64,000 bases of DNA, from the NCBI GenBank assembly GCA_035084275.1, contig CM068752.1:2914001-2978000 (forward strand). The letters are read 5' to 3'. The stretch's first letter is position 1; each line of letters opens with the position of its first letter. The notes beneath the pieces are model-generated. The model worked only from the letters and a program-made list of their open reading frames with translations. It did not search any database and was not told the origin of the DNA. Shown here piece by piece: positions 1 to 31,589 of the stretch. Origin of the DNA: Hydrolagus colliei (Eukaryota). Both the position numbers and the translations under genes were made by a program.

Positions 1-565
1 CGATGGCGAACATTTCCTGATTGGCTCTCACGTTGTAGTTATGCTTCTTTGCGAACATTTCGGACAGCGAGACGGTGATGGCAAAACCGATGATGGCAAT
101 GGGGAAGGCGCCAGGAGCCACACGACCAAGGATGCTCCAGTCTGGAAGGGACGGTGGCTGGAATCCCTTGGGGATCTCCCCAGAGACACTGGAACCGTAT
201 TTGGAATTCAGGTCTCCATAGTGCGAGATCAAAGTGGTAATGATGACAACTAGGAGCTCGCCCGGAATCGGTCCTTTCATCTTCGGCTTGCACCTCGCGT
301 TGACCTCTTTGATGGGTACGAGGACTAGGAGACACAGAATGCTGGTTATCAGGTCACATACGTTGGTGTGATGGATATTTTTAAAGATCTCCACCCAGGT
401 TAGCACAAGCGATCCAGGGCCTCGGGGCTGGTTGATCTTGATGCCCATGAGGTACTTCACTTGTGACGTGAGAATGGTCAACGAGGCTCCGGTGACGAAA
501 CCACCGAGCAAGGAATCAGACAGGTAGACCGACACAAAGCCGATCTGGAAGAGGCCAAAGGCCAC
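1..565 (-). CDS. SLC26A2: SLC26A2 sulfate transporter, second coding exon (continues beyond window start)
   Basis: Acceptor ttcag at 566-570 (minus). Translates [41 protein letters not shown]...[23 protein letters not shown], an SLC26 TM core. Phase 0, joins the upstream exon. Confidence 0.9.
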   Translation of the reverse strand, partial: MAFGLFQIGFVSVYLSDSLLGGFVTGASLTILTSQVKYLMGIKINQPRGPGSLVLTWVEIFKNIHHTNVCDLITSILCLLVLVPIKEVNARCKPKMKGPIPGELLVVIITTLISHYGDLNSKYGSSVSGEIPKGFQPPSLPDWSILGRVAPGAFPIAIIGFAITVSLSEMFAKKHNYNVRANQEMFAI

Positions 566-1431
566 CTGAAATAATCAAATAAAACCGAGTGATTGCTGTG
601 TGATGTGACTCACTCCCCCACCAAAAAAACCCACACAATAATAAAAATCGGTCATTTCAATCCACGACTGTTTGTGGAGAAGCTGCTGTGTGCAATTGGC
701 TGCAGCGTTTCGCCCACAAATATACAGTCGATTCACTTTACAGTATATTCTGTGAAGCGCTTTGAGACGTCGATAAGATGTGAAAAGCACTATATCAAAA
801 TGCAAGGATTATTATTATTCTTCAATAGCCTCAACTTGGTTCAGATGGAATTTTTCCATCTGCTATGATTGCAATCATTCCTCTCCACACTACGCTGCCT
901 TGCCTACGTAACCCTGTCGCTTTAATGTATTTATCTGTTGATGAGGCATTGTGGTCCCGACTTTGCTGAACTGTACTGGATCTCGCACTACACTGCGAAG
1001 GAAAAGATTGCTTTTGGTGTAGATAAAGGTTGGGCAAATTGAAACAAAGTCCACAGGTTAATGATTAATCACTTGCAAAGCCAAGGGATTTGGCCTGTGA
1101 TAAGTGGCCACTTTGGTCTGTTTGAAGAGTCCACAAACGCTAGAGTGTGTCTCAGCCATAAACCGAAAGGAATCAATCCAATCTATTATATTAATAATCA
1201 TTTCATCAATATAATTCGTGCACAGTCAATCTGCTTTACAGTATATTATGCGAAGCGCTTTTAGAAGTCTGGATAATACAATAAGGCACAATATCAATAT
1301 CAATATCAAATACAAATATTATTATTATTAGTACAAGCATCTATGTTTCTGCATTGCTGGCAACTGCCCTCCTCTCATTTAGCCGAGTATGTATTGTTGC
1401 ATTGTGCATGGAATACAGATGGTGGGTCTAC

Positions 1432-2004
1432 CTGATAGATTCCAGCCATGAATGTTACCGTTGAAGCGATGGCAATGGAGCGACAGCCGATATCGCAATC
1501 GCTCGCTGTTGTATTCTGCACAGCCTCGAACTGCAGCTCCGCTTCCACCACCTCGCCGATCATCAGGCAAAGCACGCCGAAGATACCCACCGAGATGTGC
1601 TTGGATGTTCCCATCAGGAAGTAGATAATGCAGGCGAAAAATGAGGTATACAGGCCGTACCTGGCTTCCTGTCCTGCCAGCAGCGAATAGGCGATGGACT
1701 GAGGAACCAACAGGATGCCCACAATCAGGCCAGACATGATATCACCGAAAATCCACTCTCTCCACCTGTACTTGGGAAGCCACTGCAAGACGGGAAAGAA
1801 GCCAGTGACGTACTGTTTGGCCTTTTGTGGGGTACAAGCGCAGTATTTTCTCATCTTTCTCACGGCGATTTCCTTCACGTCAATTGGTATCTTGTCATGC
1901 TCTTCCAAGACGATGGGGGAGTATTGCTGGTGCCCGGGGCCGGGAGAGACGTGCGTTCCGAATTCCGGCGTGTTTTCATGGTTGTTAGCTCTGACTGAAG
2001 TCAT
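1432..2004 (-). CDS. SLC26A2: SLC26A2 sulfate transporter, first coding exon (191 codons)
   Basis: ATG at 2004 just after acceptor ctctcaag (exon starts 2020). Contains [53 protein letters not shown]. Donor CAG|gtagac. The A2 paralog call rests on the two-coding-exon structure and adjacency to PDE6A. Confidence 0.9.
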
Positions 2005-5000
2005 CTTGGCCGGCGAGTGTCTTGAGAGAAACAAAAACAGAAAGCTCTTCAATAACAAAAGAACAACAATCCTGGCGTTCGATGGAGACGTCATTGAGAA
2101 GCACAAAGCGCTTCACAGGATACGCAGCCAAGTGGAGTGACTGTGTATTTTGTGGGCAGAAGCCAAATGCGCACAGCAGTGTCCCACAAACAGTCGTGTC
2201 AATCATCAGGAGTATTTAGAAGAAAGCGGATTTGAGTCCACAACAACCACAAAATTACATTTGTAACGCGCTTTTCACGTCGGGAGGATGTCCCAAGGCG
2301 CTGTTTCAGGCCCGAGCTAGGGTCAGGATCAGGGAGGGTGGAGTGAAGGGAGGGGAAGGGGTGGGGTGGGGTAGGGGATGACCGATGGCACCCGTCAAAG
2401 AGGAGGGTCTAGACTTGCATACAAGAGATATGGGGATAAGGCGGGTAGGTAGAGTTAGATTAGAAGATCAGCCATGATCTTATTGAATGGCAGGGCAGGC
2501 TTGAGGGGCTGAATAGCCTACTCCTGCTCCTAATTCGTATTGTTCTTAAATTCTTAATCACAGATATCAGTAGCCTGAGACAATGAGGCCTTTTACTCGT
2601 GGAGAAACGAGACAAAACGAACCAAATGATAATAGTTTGAAACCCGACACTTCACTTTGTTACTAACGCTTATCAAATAACAGGACGTGGATTTTTTGCA
2701 AACATTTTATCTGCATTGAAATTACTTTCATCGAGAACTTTGCTTTCTTTCAGACAGCGTTTAATCTGCAGGTGTGGTTCAAATCGATCTGAACTGAGCA
2801 ATGTGGGCAGAAAATCTCCCCTTGTACCACGTTGGCCTGAATTGATCCAAGTGATTTTACTGCACGTATCTTGAAAGCAATCAAAGATAACATGGATATA
2901 ATTAACACCAGGATCAAAGATCACGATGAAATAATGGGGTACAAGAGATCGTATCTGCATTTTCATTCTCTGTCCCTCCTCACAAGGGTTTACTCCACGA
3001 ACACTGTAAAACAAGGCGTTTTCGCAATTGACTATTTTCTGTCAGATTAGGGGAAATGTTTGCAATTTCCACTTTGGCAAACCTTTCATTCACTCCTTTG
3101 TTACAAAAGAAAGCTGAGAACAATGCAAACAGCACAGATATGGCCTTTAATAGAGTGTGGTTAGAGATCATTTTACGGAATCACTTTTCATTTTGTCTCA
3201 TCCAACATATATTATGTATTTAAACATCCGCTGGGCTCACACATTTAGGATTGGAAACCTTCCATGCATATGCCTTTGGAGGCACACACACCCCACACAA
3301 CACTCGCTCACACCCGCACACACCATACAGCACGCACACACATACAACACTGCACACACACCCACAAAACAGAGTGAAGACACACACACATAAGAACATA
3401 AGAATTAGGAGCAGGAGTAGGCCATTTGGCCCCTCGAGCCTGTCCCGCCCTTCGATAAGATCATGGCTGATCTTCTCACCTAACTCTAATTACCTGCCCT
3501 ATCCCCATATCCCCTAATCCCTCTATTTTTTTAAAAAAAGAATACACATTCTTTAAAAAGAATACGCAACACAGAGCTAAGACACACACACACACCAGGT
3601 GCGCGCAAACACAGCACACAAATACTTGAATGAAATAAAATCTTCTGTCAGTCTCACTGAGATTATAACTTGCACTGTAACAGGATCAGGCAGGTGCCTA
3701 ACACATCACCGTGTTTAAGAGTATCCAAGCTAATCTGAGAATTCCACTCATCCCACCTACACATGGGAAATCCTAGGGATAGATTGTCGGAATGGAATGC
3801 GCTCTCTCTCTCCCTGGAGGGACGCATCCTGTTTTCCTGGTATCAGGAAGAATTAAGACATAGGTTGCCCAGAGCGTAAAAATGTTGTTGAGGTGCAAGA
3901 ATTTGACCCAACGATATTAAAAACCCGATCAGTGACCCGATTGCAACACAATAGGTGGCTTTGCATTCACACCTAGTTTCTCATGTAAAATAGGGAAAGC
4001 TAGATTCTATACTTCACACACACACAATAGCTGTTGGGAACCTCATCTGCTTCTGCTGCTGTTTCTAGCTGTTGTGGAGACAAGTTTGCATTGTCTTCCG
4101 CTGGTAAATAGGAAGGGGAGGGGTGGGAGGGTGGGTGGAGCAAGGTGAAGGGAATGAGGAAGGTTAGTTCCAGAGCCTCGGGGGTGTAGTGACTGAAGGC
4201 ACGGCCGCTGATGGTGGAATGGAGGATTCGGGAGACAAGGAAGAGGCCAGACCTTGTAGAACGAAGGCAACGGGTGTTGCTGTGAGGAGAGAGGAGGGTC
4301 AGAGAGGTAGTTGGGGGTGTGTGGGGGGGGCGGGGTGAAGAGGAGTGGAGGGATTTGAAAACAAGAGTGAGGATCTTGAAGGATCTTGAGGATCGTTTCT
4401 TCCCTGGTGCTGAAATCTGGAGGGATTTTTGTTGGGGGTGTGAAACCCTCGCCACCTATAATTTTACCAGGATAATCAATCGATTCCAGTAACCAAGGAA
4501 GTCAAGCACGCACACAACGTTCAATGAACGCTCACACACGCCGCTTGTTACAGGTTTGCAATCCCCCCCACCCCCGGATGTTGAACCCGAGGGCCTGATT
4601 TTGTCAGGTATTGCAGTTCAGGACCCCAAATTGCGAGACTTGCCTAATTATCCAGAATTGTACAATATGGAAGAGTTTCGAAAGAACGCAGGTCGCAATT
4701 TGCATTCAGACCGTAGATCAATTTATACAATGCGCGGCTTAAAGCTGATGGGGAAACGCACAAATTCACACGGTCTTTTTTCCACAGTGTCCGAGAGCAC
4801 ACTGTTACGTAAGTGTCCAGCTCAACCCTACAGCTAACTTTCAAGTCTGGGCTATCGTACGCTCTACTGGTCATTGTAAAACGCTGTCTCTTTTGGGCGT
4901 CCGGTATTTAGAGTACTCACCTCATGAGCAAAAGGTTCAATCCTCGCACGGCTAACACCTTAGGCAACTTTCCTGACTCCACACACCTCTGTTTACCTAG

Positions 5001-5489
5001 TTGGAAGTGGGAACCCAATGGTTCCTGGAGAAAACTGGTGAATAATAATAGCATAATAAGAACCCTTTGCATTCGATGTAGCGTCTTCTTTTCACGTCTT
5101 CCAGACGCATCAAAGCGCTTCGCGCCAAAAGTGAACTGACTGTGTATTTGTGGGAGAAAATGGAAGCAACAACAACAACAACAAAACAGAATTACATTTG
5201 CACAGATTCTCCCAGGCCTGGTGTCCCAATCAACTGCCCCCCCACCCCCACCCCCCCCCCCTCCCCCACCACCACACTCTCCTCCCCCCCCCCCCCCCCC
5301 CAGCCCCCGCCTCCCTCTCACAACCAAATAAAACTGTTTTTTCGTGCCACGGCTGTTTGTGGGAGGGACACTGCCATGTGCAACTGGCTGCCGCCGCGTT
5401 TCGCCCGCGAAAATACGCAGTTACTACACTTTACAGTGCATCCCGGGAAGTGCTTTGAGACGACTTGACGATGCGATGTGGTGCTGTAT

Positions 5490-5728
5490 GATAATAATAA
5501 TAATAATAATCCTTGCATTTGATATCGCGCTTTCCACATCTTATCGACGTCCCAAAGCGCTTCACAGGATACACTGTAAAGTGAATTGACTGTATATATA
5601 TCTGTGGGCGACTCGCGGCAGCCAATTGCGCACAGCAGCCTCCCCCCCCACCCCACAAACAGCCGTGGATTGAAATGACCAATTTTATTATTGTGGGTTT
5701 TGTTTTTTTAGAGGGATTATTATTAGGC

Positions 5729-5770
<42 letters not shown>

Positions 5771-5880
5771 AGTAAGGAAACGTGCCCGAGGTTTCTCCCT
5801 GAACCTGCCCGGATTCGAACGCAGGTCTCCCCAACTTGCAAGACAAGTGCTCTAATAACCCCTGAGCCACGGGAGCTCCA
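5490..5880 (-). mobile_element. tRNA-headed DeuSINE, full-length copy
   Basis: Head ggagctcccgtggctcagggg...gttcgaatcc; core gctgtgcgcaattggctgccgcg; tail caaatgcaaggattattatta. Confidence 0.8.
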
Positions 5881-6398
5881 CCTGTGCTATGTACGTCGCA
5901 CGCGAGGAAGGGAGTACTACTGTCGTAATAGTGACTTCACCCGAACAAATCTGAGCGACGCCAACCGTTCCTTGTGACACCCTGCTTATCACCACTCGAC
6001 GCCCGGGGTGCGACAAGCGGCTTTGTGAGCAGCGCGCAGTGATTAACCCTTCGCCGTTCTCTCGCGCTCGGTGTCGGGAGACAATCGGGTGGTAGGTAAC
6101 CTTACGCTCGATCGAAGGACTGAAACGAAAAGGCGAATACTGCGCTGGAAATGGTGATACAACCTCCCCCGAAAAAGGTATTCAAAGTAAGAATTTAGCT
6201 GAGTTATATCCGTCTGATGTGACTGATTGATTGTCCCACTCTGATCACAATCTCGGGTATTTTATTCTCTCTCTGTCTCTCTCTCTGGCTAGAAAAGTCC
6301 ACAGGATTCATTAGTCTGCTAAACTAATACTGGCAATGGGAGCACAGAGACAGCTCTGTAATAAAGGACTTCCTTTACACAGCTCCACTGAGCTGCCA

Positions 6399-7854
6399 NN
6401 NNNNNNNNNNNNNNNNNNNNNNNNNNNNNNNNNNNNNNNNNNNNNNNNNNNNNNNNNNNNNNNNNNNNNNNNNNNNNNNNNNNNNNNNNNNNNNNNNNNN
6501 NNNNNNNNNNNNNNNNNNNNNNNNNNNNNNNNNNNNNNNCTCACATTTAAATATATACACACACACACTCACTCACTCAATAGGTCTCTCTCACATACAT
6601 ACACACACAACCTCAATACAGATACACACACACACAGAGATATACACATACATTCTTACCCTAGCTCTCTCTCTCACACACAACACACACAGAGGCACAT
6701 AGACACACAGCAGCTCATCCACAGGTATATACAGACACNNNNNNNNNNNNNNNNNNNNNNNNNNNNNNNNNNNNNNNNNNNNNNNNNNNNNNNNNNNNNN
6801 NNNNNNNNNNNNNNNNNNNNNNNNNNNNNNNNNNNNNNNNNNNNNNNNNNNNNNNNNNNNNNNNNNNNNNNNNNNNNNNNNNNNNNNNNNNNNNNNNNNN
6901 NNNNNNNNNNNNNNNNNNNNNNNNNNNNNNNNNNNNNNNNNNNNNNNNNNNNNNNNNNNNNNNNNNNNNNNNNNNNNNNNNNNNNNNNNNNNNNNNNNNN
7001 NNNNNNNNNNNNNNNNNNNNNNNNNNNNNNNNNNNNNNNNNNNNNNNNNNNNNNNNNNNNNNNNNNNCATGGATCTTTAGTGACAGCCCCTGGCAACAAT
7101 GTAACCGATTGCAATAATATAGTAACAGTTCGTGGCAACAATGTAACAATTATAAGCCACGACAATCGCCGTCTGGGGCAACATTGTAAGGAAACAACGT
7201 GACACGTTTTCAGTGGCCACAAGGTAACGAATGAATGTCAACACATGTTGACACGTACAGGGATTATAACACAAACCAGAGACATACTCTCTCCCCCCCC
7301 CCCCCCCCCCACCCACCTACCCCCTCCTCAGTCACTCACCAACTCCTCCAGACTGTCACCTCCCCCCCCCCCCCGCTGTCTCTCTCTCTCTCTCTCTCTC
7401 TGGCTGCTTCTCTGCTGATCTTCACTCAAATTATACCAGAAAATGGGGATTCTCTGCCTCCCTCCCTCCTCCCTCCCTCCCAGCGCCGCGTCACCTACTG
7501 CCCGCCCCCTCCCCCTCCCTCCCTCCTCCCTCCCTCCTGTCACTGTAGTGCCCTCCTCCCTCCCTCCCTCCCTCTCCCTCTCCCTGCTCCTATCTCTCTC
7601 TCTCTGAGACACTAGNNNNNNNNNNNNNNNNNNNNNNNNNNNNNNNNNNNNNNNNNNNNNNNNNNNNNNNNNNNNNNNNNNNNNNNNNNNNNNNNNNNNN
7701 NNNNNNNNNNNNNNNNNNNNNNNNNNNNNNNNNNNNNNNNNNNNNNNNNNNNNNNNNNNNNNNNNNNNNNNNNNNNNNNNNNNNNNNNNNNNNNNNNNNN
7801 NNNNNNNNNNNNNNNNNNNNNNNNNNNNNNNNNNNNNNNNNNNNNNNNNNNNNN
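6399..7854. other. Three assembly gaps (6399-6539, 6739-7067, 7616-7854) around low-complexity C/T-rich sequence; a fourth gap at 54323-54522
   Basis: N runs. Confidence 0.98.
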
Positions 7855-9244
7855 CACAGTCCTCTCCATCACCCCCAGGTACCCTCACAGTAATATAACA
7901 GTAAAGAATAATTACGTATATACATTTGAAAATTTAGATTTATTTGTAATCGAGAGACCTGAGTTAGATTCCCGGCAAAAGCCTTGGGCATGTTTCCTTA
8001 CTCCACCCACACGATAATAATCACTTCCCCCCCCCCCCCATAATAAATTGGGTCACTTCAATCCACAACTATTTGTGGGGGAAGATGCTGTGCGGGAGGG
8101 GGGAGGGGGGGGGGGGGGTGGGTGAGGGAGCGAGGGATGAGGAGGGCGCCAATCTGAGGTGGAGTGAGGAGGTCGGAGAGGTTGGGAGGTGACAGGGAGT
8201 GAAGGGATTTCTCAACCGAACCAAACTTCGCTCCCCGATTACTCCAGTCCCCAGTCCTTGCCAGACCTCACTGGCTCCCTGTCTTGGAGCGGATCAATTT
8301 CAAGATCCTCACTCTTGTATTCAAATCCCTCCACTTCCCCTACCCCACCCCAACTTCTCCGACCTTTGCCTTCACACTACCGGGTCTGGCCTCCTCCTTG
8401 TCCCCTTAATCCTCCGTTCCACCATTGGTACGGCCGAACCTTCAGTCACTACACCCCGAGGCTCTGGAACTCTCTTCCTCACTCCCTTCGCCTCGCCTAC
8501 TTTCCTATTTTTAGGTCACGCCTAAAGACTTTTCTTTTCACTCGAGTGAGTGAGTGAGTGAGTGAGTGAGTGATCTGAAAACCAATCACTTCTTAGCTAC
8601 GCTTTATTTGTTAAAACAATATCAAGTTTGATAGAACTGAGAATGATGAAAAGCTGCTATTTGACATTTAGTTAAAGATTTACTTTGTCCAAAGTATTTT
8701 GATTTTGCTTCGAGTTCTGAGGATGTGGTTTGCCCTGTGTTACATGGCAATTTGCTGACATCATTCATTGTACAGGAAGCCCAGTAATTTGTGTATTGTA
8801 TGGCTATCATGTGCTCAGAAGCAAACGAACAGGTAATCTGTTAACTATGTGTTTCCAAGAATAGGGTATTTGAATTGCAAACTGGAGCTCCTGTATCTCA
8901 GTGATCAGAGCACTCACTTTACAAGCGTGAGACCTGTGTTCGAATCCAGGCAGGATTACTCTCTCTTACGGAGAGAGATGGGTTTCCACGTGTGTCAGAT
9001 ACAGAATTGGGCAGAAAGAAAACCCCTTTTCACATCAAGATGTTTTAGGAAATCGTCCACCCTATGATCACAGCTGCTCTCATCCCCTTTGCAATTGTAC
9101 AATTGCTGCTTTTCTTAAGAGCGTAATTTGTTTTCAATTTGGGCTCTAATAGAAAATCTGTTCAGGTTCTGAGGAGGATATCATTACCAAACTAGGCCGA
9201 GGTGGTGCTCTGGTCATCTTGTTTTGTGATCTTTAATAGTTTGT

Positions 9245-9590
9245 GGAGCTCCTGTAGCTCAGTGGTTAGAGCACTCGCCTTACAAGCGTGAGACCTGTGT
9301 GTTCGAATCCAGGCAGGTCAGGGCGAAACCTTGGGCAAGTTTCCTTACTCCACACACACACGCGCCTATTAATAATAATTCGTCCAAAAAAACAACAATA
9401 ATAAATTGGTCATTTCAATGGAAGACTGTTTGCGGGGACGCTGCTGTGCGCAATTGGCTGCCGCGTTTCGCCCACAAATATACAGTCAATTCACTTCACG
9501 GTATATTCTGTGAAGCGCTTTGAGGCGTCTAGAAGACGTGAAAAGCGCTATATCAAATGCAAGGATTATTATTATTATTATTATTTTATT
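9245..9590 (+). mobile_element. tRNA-headed DeuSINE, full-length copy. About 30 full or partial copies in the window, e.g. 600-822, 12075-12590, 16260-16560, 20925-21220, 24410-24980, 28860-29220, 30842-31230, 33798-34090, 34516-34960, 46374-46615, 49290-49730, 57535-57836
   Basis: Pol III A box TAGCTCAGTGG, B box GTTCGAATCC, Deu-like core CTGCTGTGCGCAATTGGCTGCCGCGTTTC, L2-like tail and (TTA)n end. Confidence 0.85.
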
Positions 9591-10929
9591 ATTACAGTAA
9601 TCCTTGCATTTGATATAGCGCCTTACCACATCTTTGCGATGTCGCAAAACGCTTCACAGTATACTCTGTGGAGTGAATTGACGTTCAGTTTGGGGGGTGA
9701 AACGCAGCAGCTAATTGCACACAGCAGTGTCCCACAAAGCGATCCGCTGGAAGACGAACAACCGGGTTCCGACTTATTGCCAGGTAAACAGGGGCTTGTG
9801 GAGCAAAGAAACTTGCCCAACATTTTGCCCTTTAACAACGTCAATCAATGAAGAAATCGAGTTGGTGGTTTGCGAACTGCTCCTTTCTTATTCAAGCTTG
9901 ATTGTGGCACAACGCTGTTTAGAAAAAATAATTGTGAAACATTTGTGTTATTGCCAGTGTCGTAACGAGCATGGACATCAATATCCTCCACCAACACTTG
10001 GAAACATTAGCTGATTAACATAATTATTATTGTGAAATACCTGAGCCAGGAAATGCCCAAGGTACTGTATACGCAAGATAATTCGATGCCCAGCCATATA
10101 CAGTTAGACTTGCTTCATAATGTGGCTTGGAAGAGCAGACTGGTCACTGGGGGTTGGGAATGTTCCAATTCAGCTCCAATAAGCAAAGGACTGGTAGGTA
10201 GGGCGTCTGAGCTGAAATATCAGTGGGAAACTCGCCATTGCCCTCTGACTTTTTCCCCAGCTCTGTGTCCTCTCAAAGTGGATGGCGCTGTTGTTGCTAC
10301 CATTGTTCGCTCTCGTTGTTTGTGTCCTTTTAGCTGGTTACACCACTACAGGTGTCTCACCACACACTCTTGGGTCCTGAAGCCTTGGCTCTGCCTGCGG
10401 AGCAAGTGGAAAATATTATATAATATTATTGATATTAAGCTGTTACTTTCGGAAGAAAAGCAAACTGTTGTGATCCAAAGTTGTACGCCAACAGTTGAGT
10501 TCAGTCTTGGCTTTCGATATGGTTTTCTGTGAAGAAACGGCCAGAAAAATAACAGCTCAAAAATGGAAGCCCACAAAAAATTAAGAATTTGACAAATTGT
10601 ACACACTGTGAAATATCACATCACTAGAGACTAGATCACGTGGAATTTCTTCCTGTGCTTATTTTGAAACATGTTTCCTATTATTTCTCTCACTTTTTAA
10701 ATTCTATTTTTGGAAATAATTGTTTAAAAAAAGGAAGGATTGGTATTATTACTATTGCTATAAACGCCACACCCCACATTATATTTATTTCTAAGAATAA
10801 CCTTGTCCAGAAAAATATAGCTTTATCCAATTAGAAGTATTTAATTCAATGAAAGATGACAGGAGGATTTTGCTTCATTTGTCTGTTTTGCACAACAAGG
10901 TACATTATACTGATATTAAATTGTAGATC

Positions 10930-11485
10930 CTCATAATCCTACTCTGGATAACGTACCTTCCTTCTCAATCAAGACAGGAGATTGAACCACTTTTAAACAA
11001 GATCCTAGTTAAAAGGCTCTCTCCTATTCTGACACCGTGCTGTTTTGTGAATTGGATGGGTTTTAATCTGCCAGGGTTAGCAAATCGATCAGATTCGACA
11101 AACCTGTGATGTGACATAGGTAAATTAGGCTCTCACTTAATTTTGACAGCACAAGAATTCTCGATATATTCCAGGGGGGAGAAGTTGGAAGCTAATCTTG
11201 AATTTTAGCCCTGTGTTAGTCTTAATCAACAGCATGTGACCACACGCAAAAACGATCACTCTAATCCTACTTTCACCTTCGCTACCACTACGCAGATGGA
11301 AAGATAAACCTCCCAGTAAATCTGACAGGGGCTTGCTTGTCTGGTCTCTGCTGTTCGTAAGATAGCAGGGCTTCCAACCGAGCATGAGCAAATCCAGTGT
11401 AAACAATCTTGTGTCGGTCCTCGTCTACTTTTGAGAATTGTCTTCTTCATTTGTGGTGTGAAGAACGTGAGACAATAGCCCAACC
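10930..11485 (+). promoter_or_regulatory. PDE6A proximal promoter/5'UTR with clustered CRX/OTX-type TAATC sites
   Basis: TAATCC 10934, TTAATCT 11063, CTAATCT 11192, TTAATCA 11222, CTAATCC 11261, upstream of a photoreceptor gene. Function is inferred. Confidence 0.55.
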
Positions 11486-29679
<18,194 letters not shown>

Positions 29680-30613
29680 CTAAAGGCCTGAAGACCTGCA
29701 CACTCTCTTAGCCCCAAACCACGAATGGCTCAAGGTGGGGGCTCCAGACAATAGAAGAGACTCACTACTCCTGCTACTAAAAAAAAAACACACCAATTAC
29801 TTTAGAGCTTGTATTGAAGAGTAAAGAAAGTAAGTATTGATTTGTGAGAGAGAATTGGTTGTAATGGGAGCGTTGGTTGACGGCACTGTTGAGGATCTTT
29901 GTCTTTTACATCTTTCGAAAAGAACTCCAGCACTGATTCCATCACAATCACACTTCCTCACCCCAGACTCTCACAAACAATCAGGTGTATAACATCCAAT
30001 GCATGACCTAGGTCCTGTTAACCAACTGTAGTACTGTAATATAGTGTGACTGGCATTAAGGCCATGATATGTTGCTTACTCCAGTGAATTGAGGACGTTT
30101 ATAACAACAACCATTTATTTGGCTGTTTAGCTGCGTCACCCAGTTTCCCAAAGACCTCAGATAGATCGGAGCTTGTTTTGATCAGTGTTACGGATCACAG
30201 AGTGTAGAGACAAATATTGATCAGTAGTTTGCAGGGAAATGTCACACCACCTTAATGGCGCTCGTTAAATTTCCTGCAACATTTTATTGTATCAATTGAT
30301 TTTTTTTGTCGCTTTCTATCAAACCTCCAATAGTAAGCCTGTCCTAGCTGTATATAGTTAAGCTTGACTGGGTTTCAGTGAGAGCCAATGTTCTCTTCAT
30401 CTTCACCGCTGAATGTACACATAGACACACATCTCACTAACACTGACCTCCACACTCTCTGAATATACCAGTAGGTTCAGCCTTCCTGATATCAGGAGGT
30501 TTGAGAGAGAGGAGTCAACAGCAATAGCTGTTTCTCAGACAATTCTTGTGAATCTCACACCCTCAAGTATTCCAGTGGCCCTTTCCCTCCTCTGTATCAA
30601 ACCTTCAATATTC

Positions 30614-30619
30614 AATAAA
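30614..30619 (+). terminator. Candidate polyadenylation signal of PDE6A
   Basis: AATAAA about 0.9 kb downstream of the stop codon. Confidence 0.3.
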
Positions 30620-31589
30620 TGAGGACCTCATGACTGAACATCTTTCTATTCATCAAAATTATCCAAACCACCTTCCTCGTTCTCAACTTGCTGAACGGCT
30701 GGAGCTCAACCAAGACTCCAGGAATCGAGCTTCTGTAGTTGCAGAGTCGATACTGGGGACTGGGGTCAATGAGTTTGAAATAACAAGTGCAACTAATGTC
30801 ACAAGTCACCAGCAAGAAGTCAAGTGTCGTTGCTGATATTATGGAGTCCTGTCGCTCAGGGGTTAGAGCACTCGCCTCGCAAGTGAGCGGACCTGGGTTT
30901 CATTCCAGGGCAGGGCAAAACATTGGGCAGTTTTCATTGTTCCACAAGGCCCTGTTTACCTAGCAGTGAGTAGGAACTCACCGGTTGGTGGTTAGTTGAT
31001 TGGCAGATTGATTTTCCAGGGAGTTAATAATTCCTTCAAAAAAAAATAATACATGAGTCACTCAATTCACGACTATTTGCCGGACACTGCTGTGCACAAT
31101 TGGCTGCCACATTTTGCCCACAAAATGTACAGTCAATTCTCTTGACGGTATATTCTACGAAGCATTTTGAGACGTCTCAAAGACCTGATAAGGCGCTATA
31201 ATCAAATTCAAAGATGGTTATTATTGGTTTATTGGCTAACCACATTGACTGTGCTGTCCTCTAGTGGCTGCTTTTCAAACCACACAGTGAGTTGCAAAAT
31301 CCCAGGCATGCGAACTGCTAAATGGTCTCAACCCACCAAACAGGTCTTGTGAATGGAATTCACCATGGAATCAGGCAATGAACATAGCAGAGTAGTGCAG
31401 AGCTGAGAGGTCCCAGGTTTAATGCCTGGTTCCAGGTCCTGGGACATCTTTCCAAAGTGAGGGGCGCAATAGCGCCTTTTGTATAGCAGCTTTCATGTCC
31501 AGAGAATGTCCCAAGGTGCTGAACAGACAGTGTTTCAGACCTGAACTGGGGTAGGGTCCTCCAACTGGGGGGTCCTCCGATGGATCGCC

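Noticed and set aside
593-868. Recurrent short ORFs with [31 protein letters not shown] peptides
   Set aside because: Chance translations of the same SINE consensus.
6336-7888. Long ORFs spanning N runs
   Set aside because: Artefacts of assembly gaps and microsatellites.
9245-9315. tRNA-like sequences (A/B boxes, TAC anticodon-like loop)
   Set aside because: They are SINE heads that continue into the SINE body, in many diverged copies and without a proper acceptor stem; not tRNA genes.
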